NCBI GenBank assembly: GCA_049968255.1
Contig: JBMFRB010000008.1
Span: 32,001 to 96,000 of the forward strand
Length of the DNA stretch: 64,000 nucleotides
From: Candidatus Sumerlaeaceae bacterium
GTDB lineage: Bacteria > Sumerlaeota > Sumerlaeia > Sumerlaeales > Sumerlaeaceae
Direction: 5' to 3'
How positions within the stretch are numbered: the first letter of the stretch is position 1; each line of letters opens with the position of its first letter. Positions 1 through 13,064 of the stretch are shown here, in pieces. The notes under the pieces are model-generated. The model searched no databases. It was not told the DNA's origin and worked only from the letters and a program-made list of their open reading frames with translations. The translations under genes and the position numbers were made by a program.

Positions 1-3622
<3,622 letters not shown>

Positions 3623-3692
3623 GCAAAGCTATGATACACCGCAGCCCAACTTTTTCGCGAATAAGCCTAAAGGGGCGAAAGCCAACTCGGGC

Positions 3693-4091
3693 CTATCCTT
3701 CCACAGCTTTTTTGCGCGCATCGCGTAGCTCTTTCTCCAGAAGTCGCCGCTGATCCTGAAGCTCCTTGACTCGGCGCGAAGCCTCCAGGTACTCCGGCGG
3801 GGTTTTGGGATTGCGACTAAAGAGCCATAGCACAGTTCGCAAAAGCGCTAGCGCGGCTACAGCAACCGCCGCGTAGAGGACATACTTCGCGTAATCTCCA
3901 TAGTGTTGTCCCACCACCGGAATGAGGTCTCCGAACAAATAATACCCACCTAGCAGTAGCGCAATGATCCACGTACCCAGGGGAAACGGTTTGGGCGGTT
4001 TGAGTGGCGGAAGACGTTTCTCTATGAGGATCTGATTAATCTGCTTGTCGAGCTCTGCAATTCTTTGCTGAAGTTCTTCGATCTCGCCCAT
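3693..4091 (-). CDS. Hypothetical membrane protein (coiled coil, 2 TM, coiled coil)
   Basis: ATG at 4091 with GAGGAG RBS. Two hydrophobic helices flanked by heptad-rich segments. Confidence 0.75.
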   Translation of the reverse strand: MGEIEELQQRIAELDKQINQILIEKRLPPLKPPKPFPLGTWIIALLLGGYYLFGDLIPVVGQHYGDYAKYVLYAAVAVAALALLRTVLWLFSRNPKTPPEYLEASRRVKELQDQRRLLEKELRDARKKAVEG

Positions 4092-4251
4092 GGGTATCGT
4101 CTCCTCAAAACTCTGCCGATCTCTTTCTCTGCTATTATTAGAACTGTTGCTAAGTTGTTTCCACAAAAAAGCTAACTTTTTGCCCTTGCTGGACCAGCAG
4201 CCCGTCGAGCATTGTCCATGCATGAACCCGACTTCTGAGGGAAGCTCTCCC

Positions 4252-5223
4252 ATGCGACCGTTCCTACGCATTCTCTGGCCTTTGGCCATCGCCTTGCTCT
4301 TGGCTGGCTGTGCAAGCAAGAACCCCATAGATTATCTGCCGGAAGGCGAAGTTTACCTTGGGGTCAACGTTCCGAAATTCTATGCCGAGCAGGGTGGCAA
4401 GCGCCTTGCAGAAATCTTCAAGAAGCTCAGTGAGCAGCAGTTCATATCACCTCAGGCGGAGATGGTCCTGCTAAGTCTGAAAGGGCTCGGCCCCAGGCCT
4501 ACTCTTTACCTCGTTGCGACAACCAAGCCGGGCGCAGCAAATGTGATGTTGGAAGACGTTGCAAAATCGGCGAAAGCGACCAACGTGCAAGTGGCTGGCA
4601 TGCCCGGCTACCGCATCACTGCGCCCAAGAGCACATCCCAGGCGGAGTCGATGCTGCTCGTCCAGCTCTCAGACTCGGCGTTGCTCGGAGCACTTTCCGA
4701 GAAAGACCTAGAGACCATGGTCGCCACGGCTCGCAAAAAGAATCCCAGCGCCCGCGACACGGCAGAATTTTCGAAATGTCAATCCCTGCTTCTGAACGCA
4801 CCTTTTGTCGCCGTCGCCGATGTCGCACCCTACATTCGCCTGCTCCCGCTTGATAGCCTCACAAAAGCCAATCCCAAAGCTGCTGAGGCCCTACAAAAGA
4901 TACAAACCGTCTCGGTAACCGCCCACTGGGACACGCAGCCCATAGTCGAATGCCTTGCTTACACGCCTGAACAACAGGCCGCGAGTGACCTTGCCACGCT
5001 CGTCAATTTCATGCTCGTTATGCAGCACGCCACGCAAGGTCAGGCATGGCAAGGCATCTCTGCCTCGCCAACACAAGAAGGACTCTCTGTCACCCTCGAG
5101 ATTCCCAAGGAAACCGCCGACCACTGGCTTAGCGAATTAGAAAAAATGGCTGCGGAACTGCCGCGCGATCCAGCTCAACGCAGCGCCGCGCTCCTTACCA
5201 CCCTTACGAAACTCTTCCGGTGA
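4252..5223 (+). CDS. Hypothetical lipoprotein
   Basis: MRPFLRILWPLAIALLLAGC lipobox; 323-aa ORF. Confidence 0.8.
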   Translation: MRPFLRILWPLAIALLLAGCASKNPIDYLPEGEVYLGVNVPKFYAEQGGKRLAEIFKKLSEQQFISPQAEMVLLSLKGLGPRPTLYLVATTKPGAANVMLEDVAKSAKATNVQVAGMPGYRITAPKSTSQAESMLLVQLSDSALLGALSEKDLETMVATARKKNPSARDTAEFSKCQSLLLNAPFVAVADVAPYIRLLPLDSLTKANPKAAEALQKIQTVSVTAHWDTQPIVECLAYTPEQQAASDLATLVNFMLVMQHATQGQAWQGISASPTQEGLSVTLEIPKETADHWLSELEKMAAELPRDPAQRSAALLTTLTKLFR

Positions 5224-5248
5224 CAAGCATCCCGACCCGGCAGAAGAC

Positions 5249-6385
5249 CTATTGCAGAACGGCGTAAATCCGGCCAGGCAATTGCTTGATGCAGCGTTTC
5301 ATTTCTAACGAAAGAAGCACCGACGCTAGCTCCTGCACCCCAAAGCGCTGAGAGTCGAGCCGCGCCAACAACACGTCGAAGCATTGCGGCTCGTGCCGAA
5401 GCAAATCGTAAACCGTTTCTTCTTCCGGCGTGAGATCGGGCAAGGCACTCGCCTCGCTCAATGCACAACGCTCTTGCGGCACTCCGCGCAACAACCCGCG
5501 CAGTTGATGGCGCATCTCGGCCAGCACATCGTCGGCCGACTGCACAAGCTTTGCCCCGCTCTGGATCAAAGCATTTGTACCGCGCGAATTTTCCCGCGTG
5601 ATGTCGCCCGGCACGGCAAACACGAAACGATTCTCCTCGAGCGCCTCGCGGGCCGTGATGAGCGCACCCGATTTTTCGGCTGCTTCCACGACGAGCGTTC
5701 CCAACGCCAACGCAGCGATAAGGTGATTGCGTTCCGGAAAGTTAAAACGGTCTGGTGGCGTTTTCATAGGATACTCGGTGACAAGCGCTCCTCGTTGCGC
5801 GATGGCATCAGCTAGATGTGCGTTTTCCTGCGGATAGCAGACACTCAGGCCATTGCCAAGGACGGCGATCGTTCGTCCACCGTTATCCAGAGCCGCACGA
5901 TGCGCCACCGAGTCCACACCACGCGCAAAACCACTGACAATAGCCAAACCAGCGCGCGCCAGGCGTCCGGCAAATTCCTGCGCCACTGCTCGCCCATATT
6001 GCGTGGCACGGCGCGACCCTATCACAGCAACCGCAAAGCGATCCATGGCGTCGAGCGTGCCCTTGAGAAAAAGAAGCGGCGGCGGAAACGAAGAGACACG
6101 CAGATTCTCAGGATACTCTTCATCGTCCAGCGTGAGCAAACGAACACCTCGGCGCTCCATCTCTGCCAGCTCCGCCTCCCATGCCGGGGAATGCGGGGCC
6201 ACGAGCACAGCCCTGGCAAGCGCCTCATCAAAGCCCGGCAAACTCGCGATTTCCGTCGCCGTCGCGCTAAACACCGCTTCTGGGGTCTGGAAATGATCAA
6301 TAAGCGTGTAGAAGCGCACCCGGCTCATCTGCGGCACGAGTCGCAGCGTCAGCCACCAGCGTTTCGTCTCGGCAGTTTCCGTCAT
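5249..6385 (-). CDS. dprA: DNA-processing protein DprA/Smf
   Basis: AVIGSR, IVSGFARGVD, FPERNHLIA, VVEAAEKSGALITA motifs; C-terminal winged helix. Confidence 0.95.
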   Translation of the reverse strand: MTETAETKRWWLTLRLVPQMSRVRFYTLIDHFQTPEAVFSATATEIASLPGFDEALARAVLVAPHSPAWEAELAEMERRGVRLLTLDDEEYPENLRVSSFPPPLLFLKGTLDAMDRFAVAVIGSRRATQYGRAVAQEFAGRLARAGLAIVSGFARGVDSVAHRAALDNGGRTIAVLGNGLSVCYPQENAHLADAIAQRGALVTEYPMKTPPDRFNFPERNHLIAALALGTLVVEAAEKSGALITAREALEENRFVFAVPGDITRENSRGTNALIQSGAKLVQSADDVLAEMRHQLRGLLRGVPQERCALSEASALPDLTPEEETVYDLLRHEPQCFDVLLARLDSQRFGVQELASVLLSLEMKRCIKQLPGRIYAVLQ

Positions 6386-6475
6386 CCCTAGCAAGGCAAT
6401 GTGGTCTCCAAGCCCGAAACCGCAACCAAATTTGTACGCTTGATTGGCAGGCTCTCGAGCTTATCATCACTGCCC

Positions 6476-7186
6476 ATGACAACGCAGCGCGAGAATTCAA
6501 AAACATCCCCGAAGGCAAAATCGCCTAAAAAGCCGGACGACCGAGTCGAGCGCGGGCACCGCATCAATGAGCTGCTGGCTCGCGCCTATCCCAACGCTCG
6601 CTGCTCACTAAATTTCTCTTCGCCCTACGAACTGCTGGTGGCCACAATCCTCAGCGCTCAGTGCACGGACGAACGCGTCAATCAAGTCACACCAGCGTTT
6701 TTCGAACGCTTTCCCGACGCAAAAGCTCTGGCCGCCGCCGATTTGCCCGAAATCGAGGAATCCATTCGCTCAACCGGCTTTTACCGCAACAAAGCGAAAG
6801 CGCTCAAGGGCATGGCCGAGGCCTTAGTGGCCCGCCACGGTGGCGACGTGCCCTCCACGATGGAAGAACTCGTCCAACTGCCTGGCGTCGGACGCAAAAC
6901 TGCCAATGTGGTACTCGGCAACTGTTTCGACACACCCGGTATCACGGTGGACACTCACGTAGGCCGCGTTGCCCAAAGGCTCGGCCTGACGAAACATTCC
7001 CAGCCCGACAAAATTGAAGAGGATCTCATGCGTTGCATCCCCCAACGCGACTGGACCCACTTCAGCCATCGCACGATCCTTCACGGTCGCTATGTCTGTC
7101 AGGCTCGCAAACCCAAATGTGAAATCTGCGTGCTCGCACCCGAATGCGACTACTACGCCGAGCAGGCGACGCCCAAGAAAAGTTAG
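6476..7186 (+). CDS. nth: Endonuclease III
   Basis: LLVATILSAQCTD, HhH LPGVGRKTANVV, VDTHV, 4Fe-4S motif CQARKPKCEICVLAPEC. Confidence 0.96.
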   Translation: MTTQRENSKTSPKAKSPKKPDDRVERGHRINELLARAYPNARCSLNFSSPYELLVATILSAQCTDERVNQVTPAFFERFPDAKALAAADLPEIEESIRSTGFYRNKAKALKGMAEALVARHGGDVPSTMEELVQLPGVGRKTANVVLGNCFDTPGITVDTHVGRVAQRLGLTKHSQPDKIEEDLMRCIPQRDWTHFSHRTILHGRYVCQARKPKCEICVLAPECDYYAEQATPKKS

Positions 7187-7266
7187 ATGCGGCACCGGAG
7201 CCCAACACATCGCGCTTGATTGCTTGCTCCCCCACACGCGAACCTCTAATCGCGGAGGAAGACCCA

Positions 7267-7569
7267 ATGGATGATTTTTACCAAATCACGTGTCCGGAAT
7301 GCAAAACAGTCCTGGTCGTCGAAAGGCGAACAGGCAAAGTCGTGGAAGTGCGTCGCCCCATCCTTGAAAGCTCGACCGGCGACCGCTTCGAGGACGCCGT
7401 GAAAAAAGTGCGGGAGCGCGAGACTCTTGCGGACGAAAAATTCCGCAAAGCGCTTGAGTCGCAAAAGACAAAAAAGTCGAAACTCGATCAGCTCTTCCAG
7501 GAAACCCTGAAAAAAGTTGAAGAATCGGGCCAAGAGATAAGGCCGGTCAACCCCTTCGATAATGACTAA
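7267..7569 (+). CDS. Small protein with N-terminal CPEC knuckle and charged helical tail
   Basis: GGAGG RBS, MDDFYQITCPECK..., ends NPFDND. Confidence 0.75.
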   Translation: MDDFYQITCPECKTVLVVERRTGKVVEVRRPILESSTGDRFEDAVKKVRERETLADEKFRKALESQKTKKSKLDQLFQETLKKVEESGQEIRPVNPFDND

Positions 7570-7637
7570 TTTTTCCGCCATCATTGACGGGTCATCGGAC
7601 TCGTTATAAAGTTCTGGTCAAGAAAAGGGGCCAAACG

Positions 7638-8723
7638 ATGCCGAAACGCAGAATTCTCATCGTGGATGACGAAGCAGATATTCGGGCAATCATCCGTGCC
7701 ACGCTCACGCCAAAATACGAAGTCGTCGAGGCGCACGACGGCCTCGATGCCGCTCAAAAGCTCGAGCTGGTCGAGCCGGATTTTGTCATTCTCGACGTGA
7801 TGATGCCCCTGATGGATGGCTACGACACCTGTCGCGTCATCCGTAACCACCCGCAATTCAAGGACATCTCTGTGCTGTTCCTTTCGGCACTCGGCGCAAA
7901 AGAGGATATCATCAAAGGCTATAGCGCCGGTGCCAATCTCTACCTCACGAAACCTTTCGAGCCGGCGCGTCTTCTGAAAGTTGTGGACCTCTTTTTTGAG
8001 GAGAAAAATCCCCCATATTGCGAGAAACGCTTCTCGCTGGAGGAGCTACAGAAGCTCGAACACATGCCGCCAGAGGCGATCTCTCGCGCTCACGCTAGCG
8101 GCTCATTCAAAGCCGTCGAAGTCGAGCACGTTCAGCCGACACCCACACAGGAGTCCGCGCCTGCCACCCCACCACCGCCAAAATCTGCTGCTCCCCAGCC
8201 GCCATCGCGCCCACGTGTCGTTATTGTGGACGACGACGAGGACGTAGTCACCATCGCGCTGATGGCGCTCGCTGATGAGTTCGAGGTCGCCGGCGCTCTC
8301 GACGGCATGGAGGGCATCGAAAAAATCATTCTCTACGAACCCGACATCATTGTGCTCGATGTCATGCTCCCGAAGATGAGTGGCTATCAGCTTTGCCAAT
8401 CCCTGCGCCGCAACAAGCGCTTCACACAGACCCCGATCGTTGTGCTGTCGGCGAAATCCTCGCCGCGTGATCAGGATTACGCCCTGCGCCTTGGCGCAAA
8501 TGCGTTCGTCCCAAAGCCGTTCGATCCTGACCGCCTCCGCGCAGCGCTCGAGGCCATCGTCGAACAACCAGGTTTCGTCATTCTCCCGAAAGCGCTCTCC
8601 TGGCAACAAATGCAATTCGAGGAAAATCGTCGCAGAAAAGCCCTCGAAGAACACGTCGACAAAGTCACGCGCAAACAGGAGACCGAGCTGGAAAAGTTTC
8701 TTCGCGAACACGGAACCGAATGA
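7638..8723 (+). CDS. Response regulator with two receiver domains and no DNA-binding output
   Basis: REC1 (IVDDE...LDVMMP...KPF) and REC2 (IVDDD...LDVMLP...KPF) joined by a Pro-rich linker. Confidence 0.9.
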   Translation: MPKRRILIVDDEADIRAIIRATLTPKYEVVEAHDGLDAAQKLELVEPDFVILDVMMPLMDGYDTCRVIRNHPQFKDISVLFLSALGAKEDIIKGYSAGANLYLTKPFEPARLLKVVDLFFEEKNPPYCEKRFSLEELQKLEHMPPEAISRAHASGSFKAVEVEHVQPTPTQESAPATPPPPKSAAPQPPSRPRVVIVDDDEDVVTIALMALADEFEVAGALDGMEGIEKIILYEPDIIVLDVMLPKMSGYQLCQSLRRNKRFTQTPIVVLSAKSSPRDQDYALRLGANAFVPKPFDPDRLRAALEAIVEQPGFVILPKALSWQQMQFEENRRRKALEEHVDKVTRKQETELEKFLREHGTE

Positions 8724-8885
8724 GCCCGCGTCAAGCCGACATTGGGAATAGCCGATGCAGCGGCATAAGCGCTCGCTCAACGCACACACAAGAAATTTTC
8801 TTGCGTAGAAAGTAGACGAGCTCGACCCTCTTACCGGTCGCTAAGGCCACTGATGAATTGTCACGACAATAGGTAGCCAATTTGA

Positions 8886-9650
<765 letters not shown>

Positions 9651-9679
9651 CAGCCTTCTCCGGCTTCGCGCAGTCGCCG

Positions 9680-10990
9680 CTAGTTTTCGTCCGATCCAAA
9701 CGTGCGCTTACGCATGTCATCGAGCTGTTCGAGATAGTTCTTCGCGTCCTCGATCAACTCCTGCGCCCAATCCACGTCGCTCTCAAAAATCTCGGACAGC
9801 TTATAAGGATCCGCCGTCGTTAGCTCGGCCACGCTCTTGATGCCCGCGCTAGCAAGCTTATCTAAAATTCCCTCTTCAAGGACGTCCTTCTGCGACAGCA
9901 AGTCAGCAAGATAGCGCTGCTCCACCTGCTCACGATCAACGCTCGCAAGCTTTTGTTCTTCGCCCTCAGGGTGAATATCAAGCGTCAGACCCGTCAACTT
10001 CGCGGCAAGCCGCGCATTCTGCCCACGCTTACCGATTGCCAGCGAAAGATTCTGCTCCTTGACGATGACGATGGCCTTGCGCTCCTCAGGAATGACGCGC
10101 ACCGAAGCGATTTCGGCGGGCACAAGTGCTCGCGCCACGAACTCCTCAAGCTTGGGTGAATAGGCCACGACGTCAATTTTCTCATTGTCGAGTTCGCGCA
10201 CGATCATTTGCACCCGCGATCCCTTGAGTCCCACGCACGCACCCACAGGATCCACCTCTTTGCTCGTGCTCTCGACGGCAATCTTCGTGCGCACCCCCGG
10301 ATCACGCGCGATCCGCACAATCTTCACCGTGCCATCAGCGATCTCCGGCACCTCCTGCTCAAAGAGCTTGCTCACAAGCTCAGGACTCGTGCGCGACACT
10401 GTGATCATCGGTCCACGCGCCGAAGGGTCCACCTTTGTGACCAGCACCTTGATCCGATCGTTGGGTTGATATTTCACCATCGGTGGAATTTCGCGTCGTG
10501 GCAAGAGGGCTTCGACGCGCCCCAGGCTCACGACCACCGTACCATCGCGCTCGACACGCTGGACCACAGCATTGACAACATCGCCAATGCGATTGGTCCA
10601 CTCAGCGACAACTTTCTCGCGCTCTGCATCTTGAATTTTCTGAGCCAAAATTTGCCGCATGTTTTGGGCGGCCACGTGCCCAAGCGCCGACGGATCTTCG
10701 TCCACTTCAATCTCGTCGCCGATCTGCGCATCCTTGTTGATCTTGCGCGCTTGGCGCAGAGCAATCATCGTCCGTGGATTTGTCACCTCTTGCACCACCG
10801 TCTTTTTCACCCACAAATGAAGAACGCCGGTCTCGACGTCGAGCTCCGCACGAGGCTCTTTGTACTGCGCCAACGCCCTCCGCGACGCCGCAATGATAGC
10901 CTCCTCGATGGCCTGCTTGATAAGCTGCACATCGAGCTCCTTCTCTTTCGAAAGCTGTTTCACGAGTGCCTTCAGGGCTTCTGCGTTCAT
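9680..10990 (-). CDS. nusA: Transcription termination/antitermination factor NusA
   Basis: S1 and KH domains, RDPGVRTKIAV, DPVGACVG, LAIGKRGQNARLAAKLTG, C-terminal acidic repeat. Confidence 0.97.
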   Translation of the reverse strand: MNAEALKALVKQLSKEKELDVQLIKQAIEEAIIAASRRALAQYKEPRAELDVETGVLHLWVKKTVVQEVTNPRTMIALRQARKINKDAQIGDEIEVDEDPSALGHVAAQNMRQILAQKIQDAEREKVVAEWTNRIGDVVNAVVQRVERDGTVVVSLGRVEALLPRREIPPMVKYQPNDRIKVLVTKVDPSARGPMITVSRTSPELVSKLFEQEVPEIADGTVKIVRIARDPGVRTKIAVESTSKEVDPVGACVGLKGSRVQMIVRELDNEKIDVVAYSPKLEEFVARALVPAEIASVRVIPEERKAIVIVKEQNLSLAIGKRGQNARLAAKLTGLTLDIHPEGEEQKLASVDREQVEQRYLADLLSQKDVLEEGILDKLASAGIKSVAELTTADPYKLSEIFESDVDWAQELIEDAKNYLEQLDDMRKRTFGSDEN

Positions 10991-11045
10991 CCTCTGACTC
11001 TCCTTTGTCACTCGCTGTCCGTCCCCCCTGGGGACGAGCGGCGCC

Positions 11046-11076
11046 AAAACAAAAAGTGGGCTTTTTGGGCCCACTT
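11046..11076 (-). terminator. Intrinsic terminator/attenuator in the nusA leader
   Basis: Minus strand reads AAGTGGGC-ccaaaaa-GCCCACTT-TTTGTTTT, about 55 nt upstream of the nusA start; resembles rimP/ylxS leader hairpins. Confidence 0.75.
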
Positions 11077-11212
11077 CTCGTACCCATTCGTTCTCTTAAG
11101 AAACCTAAATCCTACAGTGCAAGCAAAATCATCCTTACAGAATTTGCGCTCACATGCGTACCACCGTGTGTCAAAAAGTATTCACCTTTGAAATGTCAGC
11201 CGTTGGACACGC

Positions 11213-12091
11213 CTAGATCATAATTTCGCCGCCAGGCCCCTGCGGTGGACCACCAGCCGGAGTGGCTCCAGGAGCACCGGGCATGGCGGGGATCCCTGGC
11301 TGGCCTGCTCCAGGTGCCGGCGGCAACCCCGGCTGGGCGCCAGGCAGAGCAGGCATTGCCCCAGGAGCAGCCGCAGGCGCACCCAACGCTTGGGGCGCCG
11401 CACTCGGCGCACTCGGCAGCGCCGGCATCGTTGCAGGAGCTACGCTTGAGCCTACCGCTGCTTGCGGATATGGCGCCAACGCTGGTGTTGGCGTAGCAGA
11501 TCCCGGCCCCCCAATCACTCCCGCAAGCGCTTGTCCGCTTGGAACCTGAGGCGCCCCATGCGTCGCAGGCTTCGATGTCTTTATAGGTTTCGCCAATTCA
11601 CGGTTGAGCTCCTTGATAAACATATTGCCGCGCCCCTCGCGCTGAGCATCGCGCTGGGCAAGCGTGTCCATCTCATCCTTGGCAATTTTCAGCCTGTTTT
11701 CAACATCACGCCGGAAATTGGGTTCGAGCCCTGGCACCTCGAGGATGTTTCCGTAGCACCGTATCGCTGTTTGATAATAGTCGCGCGCCTCATCCGACTT
11801 TTTTGCGCGCCCATGTTTGAGGGCCAGCGCCGCCACAATGAGATTCAGGCGCACAGCGCGGGGCTGCAGCGCAGCAGCCTTGGCAAGGTTCTCGTACGCT
11901 CTTTCATAATCAATGTGGTCAAGCGCTTTTATTCCTGCCGCGTAGAACTCGATGCCCTCCGGCGGCAGCGTCGCCAGCTCCTCGGCCGACGGCAGCTTGA
12001 ACTCTTCCGCCCACACACCCAACGGCATAAATGCGGCGACTGCGGCCACGACCACAAACCACACTGCCTTCAACATGCGAAGACCTTTCAT
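11213..12091 (-). CDS. Exported TPR-like protein with Pro/Ala/Gly-rich low-complexity C-terminus
   Basis: Signal peptide, helical repeats (YERAYENLAKAAALQP), PGA/PAMP repeats; start uncertain (12091 or 12076). Confidence 0.75.
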   Translation of the reverse strand: MKGLRMLKAVWFVVVAAVAAFMPLGVWAEEFKLPSAEELATLPPEGIEFYAAGIKALDHIDYERAYENLAKAAALQPRAVRLNLIVAALALKHGRAKKSDEARDYYQTAIRCYGNILEVPGLEPNFRRDVENRLKIAKDEMDTLAQRDAQREGRGNMFIKELNRELAKPIKTSKPATHGAPQVPSGQALAGVIGGPGSATPTPALAPYPQAAVGSSVAPATMPALPSAPSAAPQALGAPAAAPGAMPALPGAQPGLPPAPGAGQPGIPAMPGAPGATPAGGPPQGPGGEIMI

Positions 12092-12313
12092 GTCTCCATT
12101 CGCTCCTTTGCTTCTCTCGTGACTTGCTTTCGTCAAAAGATAAAAACACCTCACGAGCTTCCCTTTCATAATGATAAGGCGTGTTAGTCTTGTATCTGTG
12201 CAACTGAAGCGCAACTTCAACTTGATTTTTTGCCTGTGGAAAAGGACAACGATCAACGCGTTTTGCGGTAGCCCATTTCTCTTTTTCTGAGCCAACAGAG
12301 TAGAGGACTAAAC

Positions 12314-12913
12314 ATGGCCAAAGAAGCCCTGATTGCCGACGCCATCTTTGAAGCAGCACAAAAAGTCTTCAGGTCAAAAGGATGCGCAAAAGCCAGCCTC
12401 GAGGACATCGCTAAGGAAGCCAAAATTGACGTCAAGAAACTAAAATCCGCGTACCCTAGCGTGGAAGCAATCATTCAGGGCATCCTGGACAAGGACATTG
12501 CCGAATCCACTGAGCTGTTTACGCGCATCATCAACGATCGGGGCAAAGCCGACGTCAAGCTCACCCGTCTCGTGCGCGAGCTGCTGTTGCGCTACCAGCA
12601 AAGCTATGTGGTCTCGTGCGTCATCAGCGAAGGCGTCGAACACAGCGATTCGGACATCCGCTTTGTCAAGTCGTGTCTCTCATCCGATCACATTGACCGC
12701 TATCGCCAAAACACAGCCATCCTTGGACGCCTTATTGCCCAGGGCCAGAGCGAAGGACTTTTCACCGATGCTGATCCCGTGGAAGCAGCTTACCTGCTTC
12801 GCGGCATGATGGGTGCCGCCGTCCGTTATCGCTCCGTCACCGGCAAAGAGGACGATATCCGCGATCACGCCGATTTTGTCATGCGCATCTTTTTCAAGGG
12901 GCTGCTGCGTTAG
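12314..12913 (+). CDS. TetR/AcrR-family transcriptional regulator
   Basis: AAQKVFRSKG..ASLEDIAKEA N-terminus; GQSEGLF C-terminal domain; GAGGA RBS. Confidence 0.8.
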   Translation: MAKEALIADAIFEAAQKVFRSKGCAKASLEDIAKEAKIDVKKLKSAYPSVEAIIQGILDKDIAESTELFTRIINDRGKADVKLTRLVRELLLRYQQSYVVSCVISEGVEHSDSDIRFVKSCLSSDHIDRYRQNTAILGRLIAQGQSEGLFTDADPVEAAYLLRGMMGAAVRYRSVTGKEDDIRDHADFVMRIFFKGLLR

Positions 12914-13064
12914 GCACAACACTTCTGCCTCCGCCAGCGCCAACAACCAGCTCGAACTTCTTCACCAAAGATGAGCGTTCCCACGTTGACAAAGCCGTTG
13001 GGCAGTTCCATCTTCTCTGCTAAAGAACGTGGAGCTGCAAATTGCTGCGAAAGAGGGCACAAGT

